Origin: Gemmatimonadaceae bacterium
GTDB lineage: Bacteria; Gemmatimonadota; Gemmatimonadetes; Gemmatimonadales; Gemmatimonadaceae
Assembly (NCBI GenBank): GCA_035572595.1
Contig: DATNAM010000161.1
Coordinates: 1 to 55,483, forward strand
Direction of reading: 5' to 3'
Length of the DNA stretch: 55,483 bases
The translations under genes were made by a program, and so were the position numbers. The notes under the pieces were generated by a model that was given only the letters and a program-made list of their open reading frames with translations, had not been told where the DNA came from and made no database searches. This document shows positions 1 through 10,710 of the stretch, piece after piece (positions within the stretch are counted from its first letter, which is position 1; every line of letters begins with the position of its first letter).

Positions 1-1512
<1,512 letters not shown>

Positions 1513-1517
1513 CGGCG

Positions 1518-1901
1518 GTGGCGCTTTCCTCGCGCGAGCGCGCGGCGCTGCGCGCGCAAGCGAACCATCTCGAGGCGACGGTGTCGGTGGGCGCCGCCGG
1601 CATCTCGGCGGCCGTGGTGCAGTCGCTCGAGGACGCGTTCCGCTCACGGGAGCTGGTGAAGGTCCATGTCGGACGGAACGCGAGCGTCGTCGCGCGCCAA
1701 GCGGCGGCGGAGCTCGCCGGCGCCGCACACGCGGAGGTGGTGCAGGTGATCGGACACACCACCACGCTCTTTCGCGAGAATCCGGAGCTCCGCGCCGCGA
1801 GGCAGCGCGCGCGGCGCGCGCCGCCGGGGATCAGTGATCCGCGGTCGTATCGGCCGGTAGCGTCAGCTCCGGCAGCCCTTCCGTTTCGAGCCGGGCGTTG
1901 A
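1518..1901 (+). CDS. yhbY: YhbY-like CRM-domain RNA-binding protein
   Basis: The pattern LRAQANHLEATVSVGAAGIS...ELVKVHV...VVQVIGHTTTLFR matches the YhbY/CRS1 fold family. The start is GTG. The 3' end overlaps the convergent BNR gene by 71 bp. Confidence 0.7.
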   Translation: MALSSRERAALRAQANHLEATVSVGAAGISAAVVQSLEDAFRSRELVKVHVGRNASVVARQAAAELAGAAHAEVVQVIGHTTTLFRENPELRAARQRARRAPPGISDPRSYRPVASAPAALPFRAGR

Positions 1902-4900
1902 GCGCGGGCACATCCGTGGATTGCACGTGGTGCCAGCGGGCGAGCGTTGCGGCCACCTGTTGCTCGAGAACGGGGACGGCGGCCGCGGCTTGCGTGGTGG
2001 GATCCGCGTCGGCGCTTTCGATCGTGTTGAACACGGCCATCAGGTCGCCGTTCAAGCGCACGAGGTCCTCTCCGTTAGGCGGAGGCCGTCGGCCGATGCG
2101 TTCGCCGGCCAGAGCGGCCAGAGTCGCGTCCAGCGCGCCCGCGGCCTTCGCGGTGGCGCTCGTGGTGTCCGTGGTGCGCTTGGCGAGCGACGCCAACTGC
2201 GTGCGCAGCGCGCGGGCGCCCGCAAGCGCGACAAAATCCTTATGGATGGCGCCGGTGAGGCGAAGCGCGAGTGCGAGCTGGCGGGCGAGCGCGGCCGGCG
2301 GCGTCGCGACGCGCGGGTCCATGCGGACCTCGAGCGGCTCCGTGAAGGTGCGGCCGCCCACGGCGAGGCGCACGGTGTACCGCCCCGGCACCACCGCCGC
2401 GCCTAACGGAGCGCGCGGCGTGTCGTGCACGATGGCCGAGATCGGGTAGTCGTGCTCCAGCGCGTCCGGCGGCGCGTAATGGAGATTCCAGACGAACCGG
2501 TGCATGCCGCGTGCCGCCGACAGCGGCTGGAACGGCCTCACCCAATAGGTCGGCACGTTGAGCTCGGAGTCCGGTGCGGACGCGGTGTCGGTGCTCGAGA
2601 ACCGGCGGACGAGCGCTCCCGTGGCGTCGCGGATCTCCAGCGTCACGTCGTTAGGCGACGCGCCGGCGCCGATCCAGTAGTCGATGATCGCACCGTCGGG
2701 TGGATTCTTGGCCGCCGGCTCCTCGGGCGGGAGCGGCGTGTCGGTGTTGGCATCGCGGCGCACGCGATATGCGGGCGCGGGTGTGAACAGGAACGCGGAC
2801 GACTCGGCGACGTGCGCGCTCGCCTGGCGGAGCCGTGCGATGTCGTCGAGCACCCAGAACGACCGGCCGTGCGTCGCGATCACGAGATCGTTGTCGTGCA
2901 CGATGAGATCGCGGATCGATGTCACGGGCATGCCGAGGCGCAGCGACTGCCAGTTGGCGCCGTCGTCGAACGACACGTACACCGCGTGCTCGGTGCCGGC
3001 ATACAGCAAGCCGCGCCGCACCGGGTCCTCGCGCACCACGTTCACCGGCTCGTCATCGGGGATGCCGCTCGTGATGCTCCGCCATGTCGTGCCGCCGTCG
3101 TGCGTGCGGTAGATGTACGGATGCAGGTCGTCGACCCGGAGACGCGACGCGGATGCGTAGGCGCTCGCGGTATCGAAGTGCGACGCGTCGATCTGCGTGA
3201 TCTTGCTCCACGCCTCCATTCCGTTAGGCGTGACGTTCCGCCAATGCGCGCCGCCATCGCGTGTCGTCTGGATGAGGCCGTCGTCGGTGCCGACCCAGAT
3301 GCGGTTCACGTCGCGCGGCGACGGCGCGATCGAATAGATCACGCCGCGATGCGGCGACGCGGCGGCGCGTTGGGCAAACACGCCCAGGCTGGTCGGAACG
3401 CCGGGGTCGGGCCGCGTGAGATCGGGACTGATGGTGGTCCAACTGCGGCCTCCGTTCGTCGTCTTGAACAACATCTGCGCGGCGAAGAAGAGCACGTGCG
3501 GATCGGCGGACGAGAAAATGATTGGCGCAGTGCGATCGAAGCGGTAGGCACCGCTGCGCAGCACCACGGGTCCGACATCCTGTACTTGTCCGGTGCGTTC
3601 ATCGTAGCGCGTCACCTTGCCGCCGTAGATGATGCCCGGGTGCAATGGATCGGGAACGGCGTAACCATATTCCTCGACGCCCACGGGATGCCAATCGCGG
3701 AACGTGATCTCGCCATCGTTGCCGCGGCTCGAGACGCCGGCCGACCCGCTCTCCTGTTGTCCGCCGTAGACGCGATACGGGAATCGATTGTCGGCGGCAA
3801 CGTGGAACATCTGCCCGGTGGGTTGATTGTACCACGAGCTCCACGTTTCGCCGCCGTTCACGGTGATCGTGGCGCCCTGGTCGCTGCCGATCAAAATGAT
3901 TTTCGGATTGTCGGGGTTGATCCAGATGCGATGGTAGTCGTCACCGCCAGGTGCGCCCTTGATGGCGACGAACGTGTGGCCGCCATCCGTGGAGCGATAC
4001 GTGGATGTGTTGGCGACGTAGATCTCATCGGCGTTCGTCGGATCCACCTGCACCTCGGCGAAATCATCGCCGCGGCCGTAGACGCGTTCTTCGCCGTTGG
4101 TGCGCGTCCACGTTTCGCCGGCGTCGTCCGACCGGTAGACTCCGCCTAACTGGGGCGGCGCCTGCACCATCGCATACAGACGGCGGCTGTCGCTGGGCGC
4201 GACGGCGATGCCGATGCGGCCGAGTCCCTGGGCCGGCGTCGGGAGTCCGCCGGTGAGCTGCTGCCAGGTGGCGCCGTCGTCGACCGACTTGTACAATCCG
4301 CTGCCGGGTCCGGCGTACGCGTTGTCGTATTCCCACGGCCCCTGGCGCGCGGACCACAGCACGGCGTAAATCACGTGCGCGTTGCCGGGGTCGAACGCGA
4401 GCGCGACGGCGCCGGTGTTCTCGTCCTTGAACAGCACCTTGTCGAACGTCGCGCCGCCGTCGGTGGAGCGGTACACGCCGCGCTCTGCGTTAGGCCCGTA
4501 CGGGTGGCCGAGGATGGCGACGAACAGGCGGTTGGGATCGTGCGGGTCGACGATGATGGACGCGGTTTGCTGTCCCTCGCGCAGCGCGGCGAGGTGGGTC
4601 CAGGTGCGGCCGGCGTCGGTGGACTTGTAGAGACCGTCGCCGATGGAGAGATCGGGGCGTTGCAGTCCTTCGCCGCCGCCTACATAGATGATGTTGGGGT
4701 CCGACGGAGCGACGGCGAGGGCGCCGATCGAGCCGATGGGTTCGCGATCGAAAATCGGCGTCCATACGCGGCCGTAGTCGGTGCTCTCCCAGACGCCGCC
4801 GTCGGTGGCGGCGACGTAGAACACGTTAGGCTGTCCGCGCACGCCGGTCGACGCGACGGTGCGACCGCCGCGGTACGGACCGATCATTCGCCACTCGAGT

Positions 4901-5004
4901 CCGGCGAACAACGCGGAGTCGAGCTGTTGGGCGGACGCGAGCGACGCACTGGAGACGAGCGCGAAGCCGAGGGCGATGAGCGCGAGACGAAAGCGCGAAG
5001 ACAT
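1831..5004 (-). CDS. Sortilin/VPS10-like BNR (Asp-box) repeat protein, secreted
   Basis: There are eleven Asp-box motifs, including STDYGRVW, STDAGRTW, STDGGATF, SVDDGATW, SDDAGETW, STDGGHTF, TRDGGAHW, THDGGTTW and SFDDGANW. A signal peptide MSSRFRLALIALGFALVSSASLASA starts at ATG 5004. The ORF-track N-terminal extension to 5187 was rejected. Confidence 0.88.
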   Translation of the reverse strand: MSSRFRLALIALGFALVSSASLASAQQLDSALFAGLEWRMIGPYRGGRTVASTGVRGQPNVFYVAATDGGVWESTDYGRVWTPIFDREPIGSIGALAVAPSDPNIIYVGGGEGLQRPDLSIGDGLYKSTDAGRTWTHLAALREGQQTASIIVDPHDPNRLFVAILGHPYGPNAERGVYRSTDGGATFDKVLFKDENTGAVALAFDPGNAHVIYAVLWSARQGPWEYDNAYAGPGSGLYKSVDDGATWQQLTGGLPTPAQGLGRIGIAVAPSDSRRLYAMVQAPPQLGGVYRSDDAGETWTRTNGEERVYGRGDDFAEVQVDPTNADEIYVANTSTYRSTDGGHTFVAIKGAPGGDDYHRIWINPDNPKIILIGSDQGATITVNGGETWSSWYNQPTGQMFHVAADNRFPYRVYGGQQESGSAGVSSRGNDGEITFRDWHPVGVEEYGYAVPDPLHPGIIYGGKVTRYDERTGQVQDVGPVVLRSGAYRFDRTAPIIFSSADPHVLFFAAQMLFKTTNGGRSWTTISPDLTRPDPGVPTSLGVFAQRAAASPHRGVIYSIAPSPRDVNRIWVGTDDGLIQTTRDGGAHWRNVTPNGMEAWSKITQIDASHFDTASAYASASRLRVDDLHPYIYRTHDGGTTWRSITSGIPDDEPVNVVREDPVRRGLLYAGTEHAVYVSFDDGANWQSLRLGMPVTSIRDLIVHDNDLVIATHGRSFWVLDDIARLRQASAHVAESSAFLFTPAPAYRVRRDANTDTPLPPEEPAAKNPPDGAIIDYWIGAGASPNDVTLEIRDATGALVRRFSSTDTASAPDSELNVPTYWVRPFQPLSAARGMHRFVWNLHYAPPDALEHDYPISAIVHDTPRAPLGAAVVPGRYTVRLAVGGRTFTEPLEVRMDPRVATPPAALARQLALALRLTGAIHKDFVALAGARALRTQLASLAKRTTDTTSATAKAAGALDATLAALAGERIGRRPPPNGEDLVRLNGDLMAVFNTIESADADPTTQAAAAVPVLEQQVAATLARWHHVQSTDVPALNARLETEGLPELTLPADTTADH

Positions 5005-5143
5005 GGATGGTCGGGCGGTGTGAGTCGAGAGGGAACATGACGACAGGCAGAAAGCAGACAGCGCGGGCGCGCCGCGCGCAAGATCTTCTTGCGGTGCGGC
5101 GCACGGCATCATCATGGAACACGACGGTATCGAGGAGCATGGC

Positions 5144-5581
5144 ATGAACGTACGACCGGCTCGGAGCGGCGACGCATCGTCGATCAAGGCGTTGATCGAT
5201 CTCTACACATCCGATGGAACGCTGCTGCCGCGCACGCTGGAGTTCATCCGCGAGCACATCGCGGATTTTTTGGTGGCGACGGACGACGACGTGGTCGTCG
5301 GTTGCGTGCACGTGGAGGAGTATGCGCCGAGTCTGGCCGAGATCCGGTCGTTGGCGGTGGATCCGGGCGCGCAGGGGCAGGGCATCGGCGCGGCGCTGGT
5401 GCGGAGCGCGGAGGAGCTCGCGGAGCGGCGCGAGCTATCGACCTTGTTCGCGGTGAGCAACTCGGAGCAATTCTTTCGCGGATTGGGCTACGAGCCCGAG
5501 CACGTGCCGGAGCTGGATCGCGAGCGCAGCGAGGTGAGCAAGTACAAGGGCGTGTACGCGCGGGCGATGCGGCGTAAGTAA
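5144..5581 (+). CDS. GNAT family N-acetyltransferase
   Basis: The acetyl-CoA binding motif LAVDPGAQGQGIGAALV is present and the size is typical of GNAT proteins. I took the start at MNVRPAR (ATG 5144). Confidence 0.8.
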   Translation: MNVRPARSGDASSIKALIDLYTSDGTLLPRTLEFIREHIADFLVATDDDVVVGCVHVEEYAPSLAEIRSLAVDPGAQGQGIGAALVRSAEELAERRELSTLFAVSNSEQFFRGLGYEPEHVPELDRERSEVSKYKGVYARAMRRK

Positions 5582-5606
5582 GGCAGCGGCACGCCGCGCC
5601 GCCCGA

Positions 5607-5631
5607 AAATATATTGGACATCAATATATTT
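5607..5631. promoter_or_regulatory. Perfect AT-rich inverted repeat AAATATATTG-gacat-CAATATATTT (candidate operator)
   Basis: The 10-bp arms are perfectly complementary with a 5-bp spacer. This is by far the most AT-rich block in the region. It lies between the GNAT stop and the PepSY start. Confidence 0.5.
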
Positions 5632-5811
5632 ACGGCCGGGGGCACGCTTCTGGCAGCGTTTTCGCGGCGGCTTCCCCACCAACGGCAGAAGCCCGAGAGC
5701 CGCGGGAACAGCACCCACACGAGTGCTTGAATGCGCTCACGGCGCGTCGACTCGACCCCAATCCTTTGTCCCGCGGCTGCGACGCGATCCGAGCGCGGGA
5801 CGGACACGACC

Positions 5812-6105
5812 ATGCAGGGCAACAGAATCGTCTCGACGATCGCCGCGTTCGCGGCGGGCGCCGGTGCCATCGCCGCGCTGAGCGGCTTCACGCGCCCGGT
5901 GGACCAGTCGCAGGCCAAGACCATCGCGATCAAGGCGTGTGGCGGCGGGACGATCAAATCGGAACGCGATGGCGGCGTGCGGAACGGCGACAAGGTGTAC
6001 ACGTTCGACGTGGACGTGGCCAACAAGTCGTTCATCGAGAAGGTAAACGTGGACGCGAAGACGGGGGCGGTGCTGGATGTGACGTACGACGGCCAGCAAG
6101 CGTGA
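5812..6105 (+). CDS. PepSY domain-containing protein
   Basis: An N-terminal hydrophobic anchor is followed by a PepSY-like pattern AKTIAIKA...DKVYTFDV...VNVDAKTGAVLDV. The start is ATG 5812 (MQGNR). Confidence 0.7.
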   Translation: MQGNRIVSTIAAFAAGAGAIAALSGFTRPVDQSQAKTIAIKACGGGTIKSERDGGVRNGDKVYTFDVDVANKSFIEKVNVDAKTGAVLDVTYDGQQA

Positions 6106-6111
6106 TCGGAC

Positions 6112-6143
6112 GCGGCGGGGGCATGGGCCCCCGCCGCCGTTTT
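6112..6143 (+). terminator. Rho-independent terminator after the PepSY gene
   Basis: An 11-bp perfect GC stem GCGGCGGGGGC / GCCCCCGCCGC with loop ATGG is followed by CGTTTT. Confidence 0.7.
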
Positions 6144-6146
6144 GCG

Positions 6147-6803
6147 TTAGGCGGGCGACCGGCGCTCGAAGTGGCCGGTGGCGAGGAACGCGAACGCCTG
6201 GTGGAGGGCGCGCGGGTTGCACGGGAGCAACCCGTGTCCGCCGCGCACGATGATGTGATCGCGCATGCCGACCAGGCGCGTGGCGCCCACCGAGACCAGG
6301 CCGTCGTTGGGCGTTCCGATCCAGCGGCCGAACGCCGCCGGCCGCCATCGCCGGCCGGCCACCACGCCGAGCTCGAACGTGGGCTCGGGCAGGCGGCGCG
6401 GGACGCTCTCGGCGCCGGTGCCGAGCTCGACGCCGGACGGGCCCATCACGCGTTGGAAGAGCCGCGTGTGGCGCAGGTGTTGGGCGATCTCGTTTCCCGC
6501 GTTAGGCGGGCCGAGCATCACCACCCGGCCGAGGGCCGCCGGCGCGCCGCCCGCCAGGAGCGCGCGCACGATGATCCCGCCTAACGAGTGGGTGAGAAAA
6601 TGGATGCGGCGGTCGCCCGAGGGCGGCAGCGCGTCGAGCGTTCGGCCGAGCGCGTGGGCGTGGGCGGCGATGCCGGCGCGGGACGAGGGGTAGCCCCAGT
6701 TGAGCACCGCGTATCCGTGACGCCGCGCCGCGAGTGCGGCGGGCCACATCGAGGCACGCGTCCGCTTGAGCCCGTGCACCAGCACGAGCAGGTCGGGGGC
6801 CAA
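6147..6803 (-). CDS. Alpha/beta hydrolase (esterase/lipase-like)
   Basis: Has LVLVHGL near the N-terminus and the nucleophile elbow THSLGG. The stop codon lies inside a GTTAGGC copy. Confidence 0.8.
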   Translation of the reverse strand: MAPDLLVLVHGLKRTRASMWPAALAARRHGYAVLNWGYPSSRAGIAAHAHALGRTLDALPPSGDRRIHFLTHSLGGIIVRALLAGGAPAALGRVVMLGPPNAGNEIAQHLRHTRLFQRVMGPSGVELGTGAESVPRRLPEPTFELGVVAGRRWRPAAFGRWIGTPNDGLVSVGATRLVGMRDHIIVRGGHGLLPCNPRALHQAFAFLATGHFERRSPA

Positions 6804-6822
6804 CGGAGGAGAAGGCGCGCGG

Positions 6823-6999
6823 TTAGAACTCGCGGCGCTTCATCTCCTTGAAGATGCGCAAGGCTTCGCCGGCATCGTCGGGCGTGACGGGCCGCGTGGC
6901 GTCGATGGTTGCATCGTACGCCTTGTTGCGCGGCTTGTTCTGCGCGACCGATTTCGCGGCGTTCTTCCGGGCGAGGGCGAGAATCTTTTTGTCGTCCAT
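6823..6999 (-). CDS. Small basic hypothetical protein (58 aa), below the ORF-track cutoff
   Basis: My own translation is MDDKKILALARKNAAKSVAQNKPRNKAYDATIDATRPVTPDDAGEALRIFKEMKRREF. Third-position GC is high. It lies 27 bp downstream of the ligD stop on the same strand. Confidence 0.45.
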   Translation of the reverse strand: MDDKKILALARKNAAKSVAQNKPRNKAYDATIDATRPVTPDDAGEALRIFKEMKRREF

Positions 7000-7026
7000 G
7001 GGCGGCAGTTGAATGTAGCGTGAAAT

Positions 7027-8757
7027 CTAGGGGCGCGCGGCGCTGGGGGAAGCGCTGGGCACGGGCTCGCGCGTCACGGCTCGCGCGTCTTTGTCATCGC
7101 GGGTGCCGAGGAACACGGGTTGGCGTAGCAGGCCATCGTCGGTCCATTCGTTGAACTTGACCTCGACCACGAGCGTGGGGCGCACCCAGTGCGCCGGCTC
7201 GTTGGGCTTGGGTGGATTGTCGAACGGCGACGTCTTGCGGGCTAACCGGGCCAACTGGGCGTACGTGTCGCGCAGCGATTGCTGGTCGAACCCGCCACCG
7301 ACGTGTCCGGCGTAGACGAGCCGGTCGCCTTCATAGTATCCGACGAGCAACGAGCCGAAATGTTGACGCGAGTTGCGCGGCTCGGTGTATCCGCCCACTA
7401 CGAACTCCTGCCGGCGCTCGAGCTTGAGCTTGAGCCAGGAGCTCGGACGCTGTCCGGCCGCATAGGCGGAGTCGGTGCGCTTGGCCATGATGCCTTCCCA
7501 GCCGGACGCGCGCGCTTTGCGCAGCATCTCGCGCGCGCCGCCCGGCGCGGAATCGCCTAACCGAAGGTGCGTGTCGGTGCGATTCCGGAGGCGGAGCTCG
7601 AGCCGCTTGCGCCGCTCGGACCACGGCTCGTCCAACAGGATGTCGTCGCCGTCGAGCAACAGGTCGAACACCATGAGGGCCGCGGGCGCGTCGTGTTCGA
7701 GCCGCTCGATGTCCGCGCTGCCCTGCACGTGCAACCGCGACTGGAGTCCCTGGAAGCGTCCGGGCTTGCCGCGCGCGAGCGCGACGATCTCGCCATCGAG
7801 CACCAGCGGATGTTGGACGCGCGCCACGAGCCGTTCGATGGCGTCGACGATCTCCGGAAACTGCTTGCTCTTGTCGAGGTCGTTGCGCGTCATGAGGCGG
7901 ACTTCGCCGGCGGTCGCGTAGGCAAGGACGCGGATTCCGTCGTACTTGGGTTCGAACGTCCAACCATCGTCCTGCGGCACTTCGGCGCCGACGCGCGCCA
8001 GCATCGGCTGCAGCGCCGGCAGCGCCGGCAGCGCCACCCGGCGGGCACGCGACGGTGAGCGAGCCGCGGCCGGATCCGCCTTCTTCGACCGGCCGCGCCG
8101 CTTGGGCGCGCTGCCGTTGGCGATCTCATCCATCGTGCGGCCCGTTGCGGCCGACGTCTCGACGTCGGCCACGATGTCGGTGCCCGGCTCGGCTGCCTCG
8201 TCGCGATGCTTGATGAGGAGCCACTGCGGTTTGTCCGGTGCGCCGCGTTTGGTCCGGACGAGCACCCATGAGCCGTGCAGGCGCGCGCCATCGAGCGTGA
8301 ACTTGAGGTCGCCCGTGGCGTAGGCGCGGCGGAGCGCGTCCTCTGCGTTAGGCGACGGCGGATCGCTGGTGTACGTGCCGCGATCCCACACCATCACGGT
8401 GCCGCCGCCGTATTCGCCCTTGGGAATGGTGCCCTCGAACGTGTTGTACTCGATGGGGTGGTCCTCCACCTGCATCGCCAGGCGCTTCACGGAGGGGTCG
8501 AGGCTCGGGCCCTTGGGCACCGCCCAACTCTTCATCACGCCATCCATCTCGAGGCGGAGATCGAAGTGCAGATGGCTGGCAGCGTGCTTCTGGATGACGA
8601 ACTGCAGCGCGTGCCGGGTGCGCGGCGACCGCGTGCCGGCGCCGTTCCCCGATGGCTCCGGCGTCGCGTCGAAGTGTCGCTTCGCGCGATACGTCCGGAG
8701 CTTGGTCGACGCCCGGCCGGTCTTGCGTCCTGCGCGCGTTCCTTTCGCCGTGGCCAC
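7027..8757 (-). CDS. ligD: NHEJ DNA ligase LigD, phosphoesterase + ligase modules (no polymerase module)
   Basis: The phosphoesterase module shows [25 protein letters not shown] and WAVPKGPS. The ligase adenylation motif is EPKYDGIR. The GTG start at 8757 abuts the Ku stop. Confidence 0.9.
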   Translation of the reverse strand: MATAKGTRAGRKTGRASTKLRTYRAKRHFDATPEPSGNGAGTRSPRTRHALQFVIQKHAASHLHFDLRLEMDGVMKSWAVPKGPSLDPSVKRLAMQVEDHPIEYNTFEGTIPKGEYGGGTVMVWDRGTYTSDPPSPNAEDALRRAYATGDLKFTLDGARLHGSWVLVRTKRGAPDKPQWLLIKHRDEAAEPGTDIVADVETSAATGRTMDEIANGSAPKRRGRSKKADPAAARSPSRARRVALPALPALQPMLARVGAEVPQDDGWTFEPKYDGIRVLAYATAGEVRLMTRNDLDKSKQFPEIVDAIERLVARVQHPLVLDGEIVALARGKPGRFQGLQSRLHVQGSADIERLEHDAPAALMVFDLLLDGDDILLDEPWSERRKRLELRLRNRTDTHLRLGDSAPGGAREMLRKARASGWEGIMAKRTDSAYAAGQRPSSWLKLKLERRQEFVVGGYTEPRNSRQHFGSLLVGYYEGDRLVYAGHVGGGFDQQSLRDTYAQLARLARKTSPFDNPPKPNEPAHWVRPTLVVEVKFNEWTDDGLLRQPVFLGTRDDKDARAVTREPVPSASPSAARP

Positions 8758-8759
8758 AG

Positions 8760-9620
8760 TTAGGCGGACCGCGCGGTGCGGGTGCGGGCGCGCGTGGGGC
8801 GACGCGTCGTGCCGCTTCGCGCCCGGTGCGTGGCCGTCTTGCCGCGTTTACCGGCGGACAGACTCTGTTGCAGCCGTTCCATGAGATCGACCACCTTCGC
8901 GTCGCCTTTCACCCGCTCCGGCTCCTCGAGCGAGGCGTGTTTGCCCTTCGTTTTCGCGCGAATGATCTTCATCAAGTTCGCATGGTACTGATCGCGGTAT
9001 TCTTCCGGATGAAACTCGGCCTTGAGACCGTCGATGAGCTGCTTTGCCATCGCCAGCTCGGGCGCCCGCACTTCGCGCTTGGTCGGGAACTTGTAGTCGG
9101 ACTCTTCCACGAGCTCGTCGGCGAAGCGCATGAGCTCGAGCACCAACGCGTCGCCTACGGCCTTGAGCCCCGCGACGTGCTCGCGCTGATGCATTACGAG
9201 GGTGCCTAACCCAATGGTTTCGGTGTCCGCAATCGCCTGCCGCATCACCGCGTACGCCATCTCGCCGCCTTTCCCCGGAACGAGAAAGTACGGCGTGTCG
9301 AAATAGCGCGGATCGATCGAGTCCGCGGGCACGAACTCGCGCAGCGCGATCGTGGACGACGCCGAGAGCGCGGCGGACTTGAAGTCGTCGTCGGTGATCA
9401 CGACGTACTCGCCCTTGCGGTATTCGTATCCCTTGACGATGTCGTCCCACGGCACGACGGCGTCGTCCTTGGTGCAGATCCGCTCGTATCGGATCGGCGC
9501 CAGGTCGGCTTCGTGCAGCATGTGAAAGTGGATGCGCTCTTCGTTGCGGATCGCGCGTTTGAGCTCGACCGGCACCGTGACCAAACCAATGGAGAGCGTG
9601 CCTTTCCAGATCGTCGCCAC
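8760..9620 (-). CDS. ku: Ku protein (NHEJ DNA end-binding)
   Basis: Shows [17 protein letters not shown] and [16 protein letters not shown] plus a basic C-terminal tail. The GTG at 9620 is preceded by GAGAGGA. The stop TAA lies inside a motif copy. Confidence 0.9.
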   Translation of the reverse strand: MATIWKGTLSIGLVTVPVELKRAIRNEERIHFHMLHEADLAPIRYERICTKDDAVVPWDDIVKGYEYRKGEYVVITDDDFKSAALSASSTIALREFVPADSIDPRYFDTPYFLVPGKGGEMAYAVMRQAIADTETIGLGTLVMHQREHVAGLKAVGDALVLELMRFADELVEESDYKFPTKREVRAPELAMAKQLIDGLKAEFHPEEYRDQYHANLMKIIRAKTKGKHASLEEPERVKGDAKVVDLMERLQQSLSAGKRGKTATHRARSGTTRRPTRARTRTARSA

Positions 9621-9681
9621 CGATTCCTCTCTTGAGCCGACGCCGACCCAACTTAAGCAAGACCGGTACCGGCCGACGGAT

Positions 9682-10281
9682 TTAGCCGCCGGGCCGCTCC
9701 GTGGGCGCACGTTGTCCGGGACCCGGCAGCGGCGGAAACTCACCGCCGGATTCTTCCGCGGTGAGCAATCGTTCGATGCTCGGATAGCGATAGATCACCG
9801 CGGCGCCGTTCTGGAACAGACCGCCGGTGTCGGCGCTGGGACCGTAAGTCGAGTACAGCGATTGGCCCCACAGGCGCAAGTAGACCGTGAGCTGCGCGCG
9901 GTGATGCGCCGAGTGCGTGAGGCGTCGCGTCACGACCCACGCACGCGAGCGCTGCGTGTCGAAGAATGCGGTGGCCCCCTCGAACCACTCTTCGGGTTTG
10001 CCGCGGAGCTCCGTTAGGCGGACGACGGAGGTGGCCGCGTAGTGCTCGAGAAACGCGAGGCGCGTTTCGGCGGGCGGCACGGCGGGCATCGGCACCGCGA
10101 TGCCGAGCATCGTGCGCATCCAGGTGTCCTCGCTCACGCACTGGTGCACCATGTGCTCCTGCGGCGAGCGCGCGCGCGGCTCGGGTCGAAACTCCATGCG
10201 CGCGTCGGGGATCTGCGACCAGACGCTGAGCGTCTTGATGCGCTCGGTCTCGTATGTCTCGATCAGGAAGTCGTACCGCAC
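9682..10281 (-). CDS. DinB family protein
   Basis: Has a DinB-like helical-bundle pattern with conserved His residues (HMVHQ ... THSAHHRAQ). The GTG at 10281 is preceded by AAGGGAGAG. Confidence 0.8.
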   Translation of the reverse strand: MRYDFLIETYETERIKTLSVWSQIPDARMEFRPEPRARSPQEHMVHQCVSEDTWMRTMLGIAVPMPAVPPAETRLAFLEHYAATSVVRLTELRGKPEEWFEGATAFFDTQRSRAWVVTRRLTHSAHHRAQLTVYLRLWGQSLYSTYGPSADTGGLFQNGAAVIYRYPSIERLLTAEESGGEFPPLPGPGQRAPTERPGG

Positions 10282-10407
10282 GCTGGCTCTCCCTTGACTC
10301 CGGTGCCGGCGCCCCAACCCCCTGCCAGAGCGCCCGTTACAGGAGGAAGGTAGGCACGGGGACGTCGCCGATGGTAGATTACGGCTCACCCCTATTTTGG
10401 AGATCCC

Positions 10408-10710
10408 ATGCTGAAACCGTTCGACTTCCAGGATAATGGCCGGACGTTCAGCTGCAGGATCGAGGAGCCGGTCGGCGCACGAACGGAGTCATGGTGGTGG
10501 TTCCAGGTGTCGGGCGACACCAACCGGTACGCGCCGTTCCAAGCCAAGTCGGGTGATACGCAGGATTCTGTGCGGAGTCGCATTGCCGCGTACTATGCGG
10601 ACCTGCTGTTCAAGCGCTCACAGCCGGCTCAGCCGCGCCAACATTGGGCGCATCGCACTAAGGCCGCGACGCCGGCAACGGGCCCGGAAGGCGGCGCGCC
10701 AGCGGTATAG
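10408..10710 (+). CDS. Hypothetical protein (100 aa)
   Basis: GGAG lies 5 nt upstream of the ATG and the codon usage looks coding. I recognise no family. The stop abuts the stop of the convergent HExxH gene. Confidence 0.55.
   Translation: MLKPFDFQDNGRTFSCRIEEPVGARTESWWWFQVSGDTNRYAPFQAKSGDTQDSVRSRIAAYYADLLFKRSQPAQPRQHWAHRTKAATPATGPEGGAPAV

Noticed and set aside
2425-4149. A 574-aa ORF on the + strand, and many similar long ORFs: 17025-19037 (-), 22025-23221 (-), 25603-27510 (+), 35982-37346 (-), 36744-38582 (+), 50851-52548 (+) and 52364-54196 (-).
   Set aside because: These are shadow ORFs opposite, or out of frame with, genes that have clear family signatures. Their translations are Arg/Ala/Gly/Pro-rich low-complexity sequence, as expected when stop codons are rare in about 70%-GC DNA.
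5005-5187. N-terminal extensions of ORF-track entries: BNR protein 5005-5187, Ku 9621-9743, DinB 10282-10389, cyanophycinase-like 15812-15949, AI-2E 37298-37411, DUF59 39075-39460, methyltransferase 55117-55338, and the PDZ protein frame 41575-42195.
   Set aside because: Internal starts with signal peptides or Shine-Dalgarno sequences give proteins of family-typical length. The extensions are low-complexity or overlap neighbouring genes.
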